Assembly: GCF_004010195.1 (NCBI RefSeq)
Contig: NC_057718.1
Coordinates: 17,337,875-17,401,874, forward strand
Reading direction: 5' to 3'
Origin: Chiloscyllium plagiosum
Lineage: Eukaryota
Length of the DNA stretch: 64,000 nt
The notes beneath the pieces are model-generated. The model saw nothing but the letters and a program-made list of their open reading frames with translations, did no database searches and had not been told where the DNA came from. A program made the translations under genes and the position numbers. Position 1 is the stretch's first letter; every line of letters begins with the position of its first letter. Shown here piece by piece: positions 12,785 through 24,545 of this stretch.

Positions 12785-13731
12785 CACTGACAAAGACACT
12801 CTGAAGGCTCCCTTGAAGGGTAGCAGCTTTGATAGCAATAACCAGGAGGAGCTTGCTACCAATTTATCAAGTGGCGATAATTTGTCCCACCAAGCTGCAC
12901 CACCCTCTGATTTCAAACATCTCAATGATAAAGCAGGGTGATAGTACAGAAGGAAGCAAACCCTGCCCTCCAGCTCTCACTGCCTCAGGGGACTTCCTGC
13001 TCCATTTTCACAAAGGTCTTGTGACTAAAACAGGGGAGATGGGGCATACTGGCAATGCTCTAGACAAGTAATTCAAAACCTAAGGCTAATATCCTGTGGG
13101 CATAGGTTCAAATCGTGGAGGATGGTAGAATTTGAATTTTGGTAAGTATGTGTATGGAATGAGCTGCCAGAGAAAGTGGTGGAGGCTGGTACAATTACAA
13201 CATTTAAGAGGCATTTGGATGGGTATATAAATAGGAAGGGTTTGGAGGGATATGGGTCGGGTGCTGGTAGGTGGGACTAGATTAGATTGGGATATCTGGT
13301 TGGCATGGACAAGTTGGACCGAAGGGTCTGTTTCCATGCTGTACATCTCTATACCTCCATGACTCTATGACACTGATAAAGATATTCTGAAGGCTTTCTT
13401 GAAGGGCAGCAGCTTTGACAACAATAACTAGGAGGAGTTTGCTACTAATTTATCAAGTGATGATAATTTGTCCCACCAAGCTGCATCATCCTTTGATTTC
13501 AAACATCTCAATAATAAAGGAAGGTGATAGTACAGAAGGAAGCAAACCCTGCCCTCCAGCTCTCATTACCTCAGGGGACTTCCTGCTCCATTTTCACAAA
13601 GATCTTGTGACTAAAAGAGAGGTGATGGGATATACTGGCAATGCTCTAGACAAGTAATTCAAAACCTCATGCTAATATTCTGAAGGCATAGGTTCAAATC
13701 ATGGAGGATGGTAAAATTTGAACTTGGGTAA
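12785..13731 (+). repeat. 361-bp direct duplication (12785-13145 and 13371-13731) flanking a CR1 3' fragment
   Basis: Both copies begin CACTGA and end GGTAA, are the same length, and look about 90% identical by eye. Confidence 0.92.
13146..13370 (+). mobile_element. CR1 3' terminal fragment (225 bp)
   Basis: GTATGGAATGAGCTGCCAGAG...CATGCTGTACATCTCTAT...GACTCTATGA tail. Confidence 0.9.
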
Positions 13732-15065
13732 AAACTTGGGGAAAAATGCTAGCCTAGTGGTGACCCTTGTCATAAAAACCCATCATGAATCTTCTTCAAG
13801 GAAGGAAATCAGCAGTCCTCATCTCGTCTGGCCTACATATGGCTCTAGACTCACAGTAATGTGGTTAATTCCTAACTGATCTTTGGACAATGAATGTTAG
13901 CTCGATCAGTGATGCACAGCATCCCATGAGCATTGATAAAACACATTTTTTAAAATTTATTTTAACGTGACTGAAGCTAAAAAAAAAGTGGACAAATTAC
14001 AGGTTCCTGTATGATCTCCATTCTGCCAGCACTCTGAAGAAGAGCTAGTTACAACTGGTTTAATGGACCAAGGGCAAAGGATTCCAGGTAATGCCTCTTC
14101 TTCCAGAATATCCGAGTCCAAACAAACCTCTGCACAAATATCACGGGGAGATTTATTTTTTAAACACACCATGACTCTAAAAGAGAAATTGGATCTTGGC
14201 AAAAGATGTATGAATCAAAGAGGTTCATTATCAACCTCTCCATTTGAACAATAAGAGCACTGATTGGCTGAAGACAATCCCAAGATTGATCCAGGACAAT
14301 AAACAGAATGTGCAAGCAAATGAAAATGTGAAATTAAACCAATCGCTGGTTTGTAGGTCTGGGGTGGGGGAAGGATCTGCGAGGAAATCAGGGGAACAAG
14401 AATAGGTTAGTTTCAAAAAGGGAAAAGACTTAAACTGCCAACCTTTATCAATACTTGCATGATACCATTTTTTCTTTGCTTTCCTTGAATTGCGTGCTTT
14501 GAAACAGCAGGTGAGATCAATATTTGAATAAAATTAGCAAAATGCACATATCTTCCTGAGATTAATGTGTCTCCAGGCCTACAAGAAGTCATTCATAAAT
14601 GATATCCCTACTGTAGCTGAGATTAAGAAGGAAGTTATTGTGTTATGAAATCCAAAGTGAAAGCAAGGCATTTTGGGAGTGCATGGCAACTCAGACAGTA
14701 TTTGAAAGAGAAACATAGGTATGAGTCTGCAGTTTTTTTGTAAGTGTTCACAAACTACACTCCATCTGTATTACTCTGTTTCAAACATTTTGATATCTTG
14801 TTGATTATATAGTGACAGAAACAGAATTGGTTGACTTTATTTCAGGCCCAGATTGATGTTAATGGCAATCAGTTTGACCTTTCAGCTACTCTTTTCAATC
14901 CTCTGTAATGTCAGATTGCTTGTCAAGCATCTAGCCATCAATGAGCCCAAATTTTCCCATGTGCTCAACCATCTCAGCTCTGATACACCATTTGTGGCTA
15001 TGCTTCTGGCTATTATAGCTATTATAACTTTGGAACTTCTATCCATTAATTCCAGTTCTCTCCAG

Positions 15066-15420
15066 AAACATAGAAAGGTTACACCATAGAAGGGGGCCAT
15101 TTGGCCTGTCAAACCCATGCCAGCTCTTTGCAAGGGCAGTGCATCTGGTCCCACTCCTCACCTTTTCCCAATGGCTCTGCAAATGATTTCCCTTCGGATG
15201 TTTATCCAATTGCATTCTGCAAGCAATGATTGAATCTGCTTCCACCACCTTTATAGGCAGGGCATTCCAAATTATGACCACTTGCTACATAAAAGGAGTT
15301 TTCCTCTTGTCACATTTTGGATTCTTTTACCAATTGCTTTAAACTATGTGTTCTAGTTGTTGACCCTTCCACTAATGAGATCAGTCCCTTTCTATCTCTT
15401 CTGTCTAGAACCCTCTTTAT
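15066..15420 (-). mobile_element. CR1 3' remnant
   Basis: Minus ORF IWNALPIKVVEADSI...LDKH. Confidence 0.8.
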
Positions 15421-16394
15421 TAGCTCTACTTCTTAAAAGTACATCATTTATTGACCCTTTTTAGTAGGCATTTGATTAACCCCACTAATATGTTATTCTT
15501 TTGCTTGATATCTACTTTACCTCTTTCCGCAACAAAATGCCATAGGATATGTTTTATGTTAAAGGTGCCTATTTATTTCTTATTGGCAATGATTACCTTT
15601 TGTTTGACACATCTAATCTGATCAGGATCTTAGCATCACAAGAGCCTTATATACATGTTACGGACCTGTGTTTAAGGGAATCTGCTATCAATGACAGTAT
15701 CCTAGCTCCAATGATACCATTTGTTGCCTTTGGATAAAGTTAGAGAACAAGATCAGGTAAATGTTAAATCACTTGCAGACTTCACCTGGAGAATTTTATG
15801 CAGACGCCTCAGCTCGTATATGTGTTGTGAGGTTAAATAGATGTTTGACTTGGACCAGTGCAGAACTTCCATGGCTGGAATTTTACCATTGGAGGTGAGA
15901 AGTCTGGTAATATGATGGTAGAAGGTTTCAGAAGGAAAGTCCAATATACTCCTCCCACTAGTGGATGATGTTATGAAAAGCCTATGTTTTTACATGGCTA
16001 CTGGGACTTGACAATGGCCCCAATGGTGTGGTGATTTTGCCAGCTTTGAAGGGGTAGCTTCTGAGCTGCTTCTGATGTGTATATGAGGGGGAGGAGTGGG
16101 GCGCTACCCTTCTGGAGGCTCAGGGAGCGAAGTTGGTGGGGGAGGGGGGGGGGTGGTGTTCCTGTCAGCGAAGATTGCACAAGCTATCAGCTAGTAGTGG
16201 AGTTGTCATTGAGATTAAGAAGCAGCTCAGAGAGGCTGGGTACAATTCTTCATTGACCACTGCTGATAAAATCTCTCCTGTGGTCCCATTATCTCCGATG
16301 GGTTGAGACCCTGCGTTTGATCCTGACATTAGCATGCACGTGTGCTGGTAATATTATGGGTGCAGTCAGCCATGCTCAATGTGCTTAAGCATTC

Positions 16395-17240
16395 AAAGAG
16401 TCGTAGCGTTATATAGCACAGAAACAGACCCTTCGGTCCAATTTATCCATGCCGACCAGATATCCAAAACGAATCTAGTCCCATTTACCAGCATTTGGTC
16501 CATATCCCTTTAAACACTTCCTATTCCTGTACCCATCCAGATGCCTTTTAACTATTGTCATTGTACCCACCTCCACCCTTGCTTCTTGCAGCTTGTTCCA
16601 TACATGCATCACCCTCTGAGAAAAGTTGCTCCTCTGGTCCCTTTTAATTCTTTCCCAACTCACCTAAAACCTATGCCCTCTAGTTTTGAACTCTCTTATT
16701 GTGGGAAAAAAGAACCCTTGACTGTTCACCCTATCCACGCCCTCATGGTTTTATAAATCGTTATAAGGTCACCCACTCAGCCTCCAATGCACCAGGGAAA
16801 ATAGCCCCTGCCTATTCAGCCTCTCCATATTGATCAAACACACCAATCCCGGCAACAACCTTGTAAATCTTTCTTGAATATTTTCAAGTTTAACAATACA
16901 TTTCCTATAGCAGGGAGAGCAGAATTGATGAAAGTATTCGAAAAGTGAGTCACCAATGTCATGTACAGCCAAAACATGACATCTCATTTACTCCATGCAC
17001 TGACTAATGAAGACAGGACAACAAATGCCTTTTCCACCATCCTGTACATCTAAGAAACTATGCATCTTCACCCCTAGGTCTCTGTTTAGCAACACTCCCC
17101 AGGGCCCTATCATTAACTGTATATGTCCTGCCCTGATTTACCTTACCAAAATGCTCTACCTTGCATTTATCTAAATTAAACTCCATCTGCCATTCCTCAG
17201 CACAATTGGCCCATCTGATCAAGGTCCTGTTGTACTCTGC
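16395..17240 (-). mobile_element. CR1 LINE 3' portion, decayed
   Basis: Minus ORFs WQMEFNLDKCKV, RFTRLLPGL and VWNKL...RHLDGY. Confidence 0.9.
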
Positions 17241-17800
17241 TTCTTTATTGTACAATTTTCAGCTATAAAACTTATGTTGCATGCCTAAAGTTTTCTGTTT
17301 TCTTCTAGAAAAATGGATAAACACCTGGAACGATGCATACTGAAAATACACATGTAGCCTTGAGTCCTATCATTATGGTTCTTTCTACAGATCTTGAACC
17401 TGCCACCACAAATATCTACAGTGATTTTTATGGCCACCATTATAATTGAGAGTCAGTGTATGAGTGTCAGTGAACTTAGGGTTTACATTCAGCAAATCTG
17501 AATGATAACTTTATCTTGGAAATGTTTAAGAGTGTTACTGCTCTTCAAATAATAATACGTGCATCAGCTCTGGTTTACAAAATCTTTTCTAAAAGGTTAC
17601 TGCTTCTCTTCTCTGTCTTCACATTACATTCAAGTCCATTTTTCTCAGCCTTAGCAATAGCTACTCCCCAGTCTAAGACATTACCTCAGTGATAAAATGT
17701 GTTTAATTGAGACATGGATCCAAGGAAAATAAACTTTCTTTCAAAGCGAATAATCAAAGTTTTGGTGAAATCAAATTCTCTCCCTCAGATCCAATACACA

Positions 17801-17905
17801 GTTCTGAAGAAGTCGTACTGGACTCAAAACGTTAGCTCCATTTCTCTCCTCACAGATGCTGCCAAACGTGCTGAGTTTCTCCAGCATTATCTGTGGTTGG
17901 TCCCT
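17801..17905 (+). mobile_element. Penelope-like 3' terminus, family C, hammerhead with CpG-type mutation
   Basis: GTT CTGAAGA AGTCGTACTGGACT CAAAACGTT AGC followed by CACAGATGCTGCC...CTGAGTTTCTCCAGCA. Confidence 0.6.
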
Positions 17906-18577
17906 GAAATAATTGCTGTCTGAGCTAACATAGAACAATACAGGACAGGAACAGGCCTTTCGGCCCTCCAAGCTGAAGAGTATTTTAAGTGTTTTTCTCT
18001 TTTTATTGATTATGATAATAACTTTTTCCTGAGTTCCTAAAAAATAGTCCGGTATTAACATGTGAGACCATTGTAAGAACTTTTAGAGAGGACGATTTAG
18101 CTGCCAAACCGATCATCTACATTGGTGGGAAACAAAGAGTGGGTTTGGGCATCTCATAACATAAGATTTCTGTTTATCCTGTCAACAAAAGTACAAACAC
18201 TTTGTAAATTTTATTAAATCAAATGGAACCCAAATAATTCAGAATTGTATTAAATTCATCTGAATTCCTGTTAAATTGTATAGCAATTTATATCTCTATC
18301 ATTTAATTTAATGCAAGATAAAGCAACACATAATGCAGATTTAATTTGTATTTTGGGGTAAAATTACAGAAGTCAAATGAGATTAATACAGTTTCCATTT
18401 CCTAAGGAGGAGTTAAGATCTGTAGGGAAAGGAAAATGTCAACATGAAATACTACGAGGCTAAAGTTGTGAAGGTGATAAATTATATTCAATTTTTTATT
18501 ATTGTCTATTAATTCTTCTCATGGATACATACTACTATTTTTTTATTCCTGTTGGTGAAGATTTTTAGTTTTTCTTC

Positions 18578-18865
18578 ATAGAATCCCTACAGTGTGGAAG
18601 CTGGCCATTCAGCCTACCAAGTCCAAACCAACCCTCCAAAGAGCATCCACCCAGACCTACTCCCTACAGCTCTGTATTCCCCGTGGGTAATTGACCTAGC
18701 CTGCACATCTTTGAACTGTGGGAGGAAACTAGAGTACCTGAAGGAAACCCATGCAGACTCAGGGAGAATGTGCAGACTCCACATAGACAGTTGCCTGAGG
18801 GTGGAATTGAACCCAAGACCCTGGCACAGTGAGGCAGCAGTGCTCACCGCTGTGCCACTGTGCCA
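18578..18865 (-). mobile_element. HE1/V-SINE type SINE
   Basis: Reverse complement GGCACAGTGGCACAGCGGTGAGCACTGCTGCCTCAC...TGTGGAGTCTGCACATTCTCCC. Confidence 0.85.
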
Positions 18866-19031
18866 TCCAAATTCTTGCTACCTGTGCCATTGACTTTTTT
18901 GAAGAGTCATACTAGACTTGAAACATCAGTTCTATTTGGTAAAAACAATGACTGCAGATGCTGGAAACCAGATTTTGGATTAGTGGTGCTGGAAGAGCAC
19001 AGCAGTTCAGGCAGCATCTGAGGAGCAGCAA

Positions 19032-19068
19032 AATCGACGTTTCGGGCAAAAGTCCCTTCATCAGGAAT
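19032..19068 (-). ncRNA. Minimal hammerhead motif (family A)
   Basis: Minus strand reads AUUC CUGAUGA AGGGACUUUUGCCC GAA ACGU C GAUU. Confidence 0.65.
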
Positions 19069-19112
19069 ATAGGCAGAGAGCCTGAAGAGTGGAGAGATAA
19101 GCTAGAGGAGGG

Positions 19113-19595
19113 NNNNNNNNNNNNNNNNNNNNNNNNNNNNNNNNNNNNNNNNNNNNNNNNNNNNNNNNNNNNNNNNNNNNNNNNNNNNNNNNNNNNNNNN
19201 NNNNNNNNNNNNNNNNNNNNNNNNNNNNNNNNNNNNNNNNNNNNNNNNNNNNNNNNNNNNNNNNNNNNNNNNNNNNNNNNNNNNNNNNNNNNNNNNNNNN
19301 NNNNNNNNNNNNNNNNNNNNNNNNNNNNNNNNNNNNNNNNNNNNNNNNNNNNNNNNNNNNNNNNNNNNNNNNNNNNNNNNNNNNNNNNNNNNNNNNNNNN
19401 NNNNNNNNNNNNNNNNNNNNNNNNNNNNNNNNNNNNNNNNNNNNNNNNNNNNNNNNNNNNNNNNNNNNNNNNNNNNNNNNNNNNNNNNNNNNNNNNNNNN
19501 NNNNNNNNNNNNNNNNNNNNNNNNNNNNNNNNNNNNNNNNNNNNNNNNNNNNNNNNNNNNNNNNNNNNNNNNNNNNNNNNNNNNNNNNNNNNNNN
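19113..19595. other. Assembly gap (others at 30749-30955, 35610-36001 and 52472-52794)
   Basis: Runs of N, all inside repeats. Confidence 1.
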
Positions 19596-19791
19596 TAAAC
19601 TTGCAGCTCAGCACTGTCCCCATGACTTGTCCTACCTGCCTATCTTCTTTTCCACCTATCCACTCCACCCTCTCCTCCCTGACTTATCACCTTCATCCCC
19701 TCCCCCCCTCACCTATTGTACTCCATGCTACTTTCTCCCCACCCCCACCCTCCTCTATCTTATCTCTCCACGCTTCAGGCTCTCTGCCTTT

Positions 19792-19827
19792 ATTCCTGAT
19801 GAAGGGCTTTTGCCCGAAACGTCGATT
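19792..19827 (+). ncRNA. Minimal hammerhead motif (family A), intact core
   Basis: ATTC CTGATGA AGGGCTTTTGCCC GAA ACGT C GATT: stem II GGGC/GCCC, GUC cleavage triplet. Confidence 0.7.
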
Positions 19828-21007
19828 TTGCTGCTCCTTGGGTGCTGCCTGAACTGCTGTGCTCTTCCAGCACCATCAATTCTCTTTGTCTTTCCACAAA
19901 CTCCGACATGCCTCTTCTTCAGAGCCTTCTTCAAAGGCCCCTTTTTAAATACTGTGTCCAGTTCTGGGCATCACATTTCAAAGGGGTGTGAACACTTTCA
20001 AGAGTGGCTGCAGGGACAAGAGAATATGTTTATGAGGATCAGAAGACAAAGTCTATTTCTTTCTAGTAAATGGAAGGCTGAGTGGAGATTTGATTGAGTT
20101 GTTCAAAATCATGAGAAGTCTGAATGGAATAGGTAGGAAGAAACAATTCCCATTGGTAGAAGACCTGAGAAACAAATGTTCAGAATTGGTAAAAGAAGCA
20201 ATACTTGGCTGATTTTTTGCAAATATTTCAGGGAGTTCTATGCAGAGATTTTCACTGTGCGTTCTCGTGAGTTCTCTTGTACAATTCTCTGTAGCTCACC
20301 CCATTATATATTAACCATGGCCTCTTGGTATCCTGCTTGTGTTATTGTGTGCTCAGCAGTGGCAGAGGAACCAATCACCACCAGGACCTTTGGAAATTCC
20401 CAGTGTCCTTATAGCTCCTGCCTGAGAAAAATTATCCTAGTGGTGGCCAAAAGAGGCAAGTTGTCACCCCATTTCACCAACAGGAATCTCCAGGAGGACT
20501 AAGTAGTGCAAAGAAGGTTCAACCTCTTTTCTCAGGACTGCCAGAGAGACCGTTTGTACCTAAGATGGCATCATGTAAGTTGGCAACATTGTACATATTT
20601 TACTGTACTCCTATTCTTTTGTAACTTGAGTACATGATACAATAAAACCAATTCTAATTCTATAGCACGAGACCCTGCCAGCCTTATCTGAAGTTGCCAA
20701 TGTTGTGACCACCATTCAGAGGAAAGGCCTGTAGTACAGGTAGAAGATTGATGACTTTCTGTACTCTGTGACAATAAGTGCCATTAACTCTCTCTGATAC
20801 CTCATACTAACTCTGCTACTGCACTCAACTCCCACCAAGAGGAGAGCTCATGATCTGCCACTCTTATTGTTAATATTCATAATCCTCCTTCACTGGCACT
20901 CACCCACGCTAATTCCCCCAGACTATTGATCCTGCATACCCAGTCACTCACTTTTGACACCTCAGCACCATGGCTTTGGGCATGTTAAGAATACATTCAC
21001 AGTGGTG

Positions 21008-21171
21008 TACAAAGTTAAAAATCACACAACACTATCAGCTGGACAATCACCTGATGAAGGAGCGTCACTCATAAAGCTAGTGTTCTTCCAATTAAACTTG
21101 TTGGACTATAACCTGGTGTTGTGTGATTTTTAACTTTGTACACCCCAGTCCAACACCGGCATCTCCAAATC
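21008..21171 (+). mobile_element. Miniature Penelope-like element, family B, with short inverted 5' arm
   Basis: 29-bp inverted repeat 21004-21032 / 21116-21144, decayed hammerhead at 21048-21082, TSD TTCACAGTGGTG at 20996-21007 and 21172-21183. Confidence 0.85.
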
Positions 21172-21429
21172 TTCACAGTGGTGGTAATGCAAGGGAAGCA
21201 CTACACTTGAAAATGAATCCTAATTTCCTGTCTGGGCATGGGGTGGGGTCTGAACAAAACCACATGGCCAGTCAAGGACCTCTCCTTTAAGGAAAAGATT
21301 CTTTGTTCGAAGGGGTTGTGAAGATAGATGTCAGGTACCCCACCAACCACCTTGGCTCTCTGCATCTCTTCATGGGAGATTTTCTCCTTGGAAATGAGAC
21401 AAAGGGAAGCACTGAGTGAGATGTTAGTA

Positions 21430-22345
21430 GCGCAGGTGAAAACGAGCAGATGAGGTGGGCGGGGCCGCGATCAGCTGGGCGGAGTCTTAGTCGGACGGAC
21501 GATGGCTCAGTCAGATGGGCGGGGCCATAGTCGGGCGGGCGGGGCCCAGGTCTGTTGGGCAGGACTGTGGGCGGTCGCGCTGGAGGGCGGGGCTATGATC
21601 AGGCAGTTGTGGTAGGTGTGGGAGGAGCCTTGCTCAGGGGCAGGGTCATTGCCCGGTGGCGGGGCTGTGGTCAGCCGGAGGTGGGTGTGTTTGCGTAATT
21701 GGGCCGGACCATAGTCACGTGGCAACGGGTCTGTGTGGGCGTGTCCACCCTGAATAGCGTCCCCGTTCCACAAAAAAAACTGAGGGAATGAGATCACAAC
21801 ACGACAGGGCGCGCGCAGAAGACTCCGCTCCCTTCCTCGTGCCCGCGGCGGTTAGCGCGCCGGCGCACTGGCTACTCCGTTGTCAGCGCGAACAGGGGGA
21901 AAGCGACGGGGTCTTCCTTCAAGCGCCGCGGATCATGGCGGCTCCCTTAGCGCAGTTCGACGAGGACTGGCAGGATTTCTACGAATTCAAGGCGCCGCCG
22001 GCCAGCTATCAGCTGGACCAGGTTAACTCCAACGGAGTCCCCGGTACGAGCGGCGACTGCGGGACGCTGGAGCACTGCCTGGAGGATTTCTCCGAGCTGG
22101 ACAACTTCTCGGGGGAGATCGTGAGCTTCAAGTCGATGGAGGACCTGGTCAACGACTTCGACGAGAAGCTGACGGTGTGTTTTCGGAACTACAACACCAA
22201 CACGGAGAACATCGCCCCCGTCAAGCCTATCACCGAGGAAAGCATCATGAGGGACGACGAGTGAGTAGCCTCTGGTAAAAAGGAGGGCGTTGGGTGGGTG
22301 AGGGGCAGCTGACTCGAGGTCGGGGTCGAGTTGTCCCCGGAAGGC
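21430..22345 (+). promoter_or_regulatory. CpG island / TATA-less promoter of FEZ2 with clustered GC boxes
   Basis: The only clearly CpG-dense, GC-rich stretch in an AT-rich window. It has about 8 GGGCGG/GGGCGGGGC-like Sp/KLF boxes at 21454-21750, TTGCGTAAT at 21691 and GTCACGTGGC at 21714. Confidence 0.85.
21935..22260 (+). CDS. FEZ2: First coding exon of fasciculation and elongation protein zeta (UNC-76 family), best match FEZ2; 108 codons + 2 nt, phase-2 donor
   Basis: Translates MAAPLAQFDEDWQDFYEFK...FKSMEDLVNDFDEKLTVCFRNY...PVKPITEESIMRDDE. DWQDFYEF, LDQxNxN and PITE match FEZ2 as I recall it; KSMEDLVxxFDEKLxVCFRNY is the UNC-76/FEZ motif. Strong Kozak context (ATCATGG), CpG-rich codons, canonical donor GTGAGT at 22261. 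Confidence 0.9.
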
Positions 22346-23654
22346 TCTTTTCAGCTTCTAAATGAAAACAAATGATGGCAACTTTGTTCTGGTGGCAGTT
22401 GAGATCTTGCTGCTGCTGTGCCACCTCCCAATGCGCCATAGTTTGACAGCTCATAACCTCACGTTTACTGGGGAGCCTGTTTCTGCAGATCTCTCTCCTT
22501 TTTGTTCCGTGGTGTTCCCTTATTTTTTTTTTGTTGGCTTTGTTTGGATGTCAGCTCATCAGCAGGCTTTTTGTTCATTTCTCTCTCTTTACCCCCCCCC
22601 CCCCCCGCGTTCAAATGATCACACTTTATTGCGATTTTTTGTGAACCTTTTCCACCGTAGCTGCCAAGTTTATGCTAAAAGCATTTCGTCAATCCAGCAT
22701 ATATAATAAACTCATTGACAGCACTGGGAATGTTTCAAAGAGTTCGCAAAACATGCGGGCACAGCTAACCGCTTTATTTGCATGGATATATAAGGGAGAG
22801 TCTGTTGTGCTTTGATCTTTGGGTAAACTGCATGCACCATATTGCAGCTAATTTGTGCCACTGGCTAACAGCATATCGTCATTGTGCCAGCGCAGTCAAA
22901 ATTCCGTGCTCTTAGTTTCATTTGGGAAATGTCTAATTAGAAAGAGTTGGAGTCAGATGTATTACTTAAGCGATGGTGGTTACGAATTTGGAAAGCCATA
23001 TATAGTACCTTCTAAATAAATAAAACCTTCTAAGTATTCAGACTAATCTGCATTCTGAAAGAGAACGAACCCGTGTAATTTGTCGTGACTTTTAGAGCAT
23101 CAAAATATTTTGTATAAACTGAAAGTGCACGTTGCCTTTGTATTGACAGGTAGCTATCAAATGTATCACTACAAGTTATTGCTATTGTGTAGTTTATTTC
23201 TCAAGGTGGTGGTTGGACTGCACCTCTGCAGCATGTGATCAGTACTTCTAACATAACATGCTGGTATAACTTTTATTTTAAATGGAGTTAGTCTTGTTGG
23301 TAAGGGAATTGTTGAACCATATGTAAAATGATTGCTGACACAAGTAGTAGTGTGGCAAACTGCCAAGAAACAGTTCAAACTATGAATTAGATTTATTAAC
23401 CTTTCAGACCATCATTCTCAAATTATTAAAATCTGGGGTCGGATAGTTATTACTGAAGTGGCATTCTTGTTTGTAAAATATCTCCGTGATTCTAAATACT
23501 TATCGTTGAAAAGAATTAAAGTATTGATTCTAATGCTCATTTTAGATACCATTGTATATATAAATAAAACTCAAATTATCAAAAACTTTTGAAACCATTT
23601 TTTTGTAAATTTTAGTTCTTTTTTTCAGTTATTATTCTGGTCAGAAGGGTGGGT

Positions 23655-24545
23655 TAGTAAGCTTGCAGACACAGATCTGGGGAGTTGTGGGTAGTGTGAA
23701 AAGTTGTCAAAGGATATAGATCAGTTGCAGATATGGTGAAGAAATGGCCGATGGAGTTAATTGGGGGTGAATGTGACGTGTTGCAGTTTAGGAACTCAAA
23801 TGTTAGTGGAAAGTATACAGTTAATGGCAGAATCCTTAACAGCATTGATTAACAGAGGGATCTTGGGGTCCTCATCCATAGTTCCCGAAAGTGCCAACAC
23901 AAATTGACAGGGTGCTAAAGAAAGCATATGGTAAGCTTGCCTTTACTGATTGGGGCATTGAGTACATGAGTCAGGAAGTGATGTTGCAGCTTTGTAAAAG
24001 TTTGGTTAGGCCACACTTAAGAGTATTGCGTTCAGTTCTTGTCGTCACACTACAGGAAGGATGTGGAGGGTGTAGAAGGGGTTTACTAGGATGCTGCCTG
24101 GATTGGATGGTATGAACTCTTAAGGAGAGGCTGGACAAACTAGGTTTGTTTTCTCTGGAGGGGTGGAGCTCGGGGGAATCCTGATAGAAGTTTATAAAAT
24201 TATGAGATGCATAAATAGGATTGACAGAATCTTTTTCCCAGAGTTGAAATGTCTAATACTAGAGGGCATGCTTTTAAGGTCAGCGGGAGAAAGTTCAAAG
24301 GACATATGAGGGGCAAGTTTTTTTTATATTGAGAATGGCAGGTGCTTGGAATGTGCTACCAGGGGTGGTGGAGGGGACAGATATGATAGGGGTGTTTAAG
24401 GATCTTTAAGATTAGCATATAAATAAGCAAGGAATGGGGGGATATGGACCATGGGCAGGCAGAAAGGATTAGTTAAACTTGGTTTCACGTTCGGCACAAC
24501 ATTGTGGGCTGAAGGGCCTACTTGTGTTCTGTGATCTATGGTTCA
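23655..24545 (+). mobile_element. CR1 LINE 3' portion, decayed
   Basis: ORF VMLQLCKSLVRPHL and the CR1 3' UTR CGGCACAACATTGTGGGCTGAAGGGCCT. Confidence 0.9.

Larger units (their letters stand above)
18938..19875. mobile_element. Fold-back Penelope-like element, family A, centre lost in an assembly gap
   Basis: 18938-19112 is the reverse complement of about 19745-19875 plus a tail. Both arms have hammerhead motifs. Approximate TSD CATCA(G/A)TTCT(A/C)TTTG at 18924-18938 and 19874-19888. Confidence 0.85.

Noticed and set aside
12829..13657. Two similar 80-aa ORFs suggesting a duplicated small gene
   Set aside because: A by-product of the 361-bp duplication; non-ATG starts, no splice or promoter context, and they run into a SINE.
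14063..14350. ORF segment KHTMTLKEKLDLGKR resembling a Tigger/CENP-B N-terminal helix-turn-helix
   Set aside because: The similarity is short and by eye only, with no TIRs or DDE domain found; it needs an HMM search.
18958..20097. Long ORFs spanning N runs (also near 30551, 35036-36189 and 52109-53121)
   Set aside because: Their length is an artefact of translating assembly gaps.
1..21430. Exons of an upstream neighbour such as VIT
   Set aside because: No recognisable coding similarity or convincing splice-flanked ORF was seen.
21788..21934. 49-codon in-frame N-terminal extension of FEZ2 from ATG 21788
   Set aside because: No family similarity, and it lies in promoter/5' UTR-like GC-rich sequence. 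ATG 21935 has a strong Kozak context and matches the family start MxAPL.
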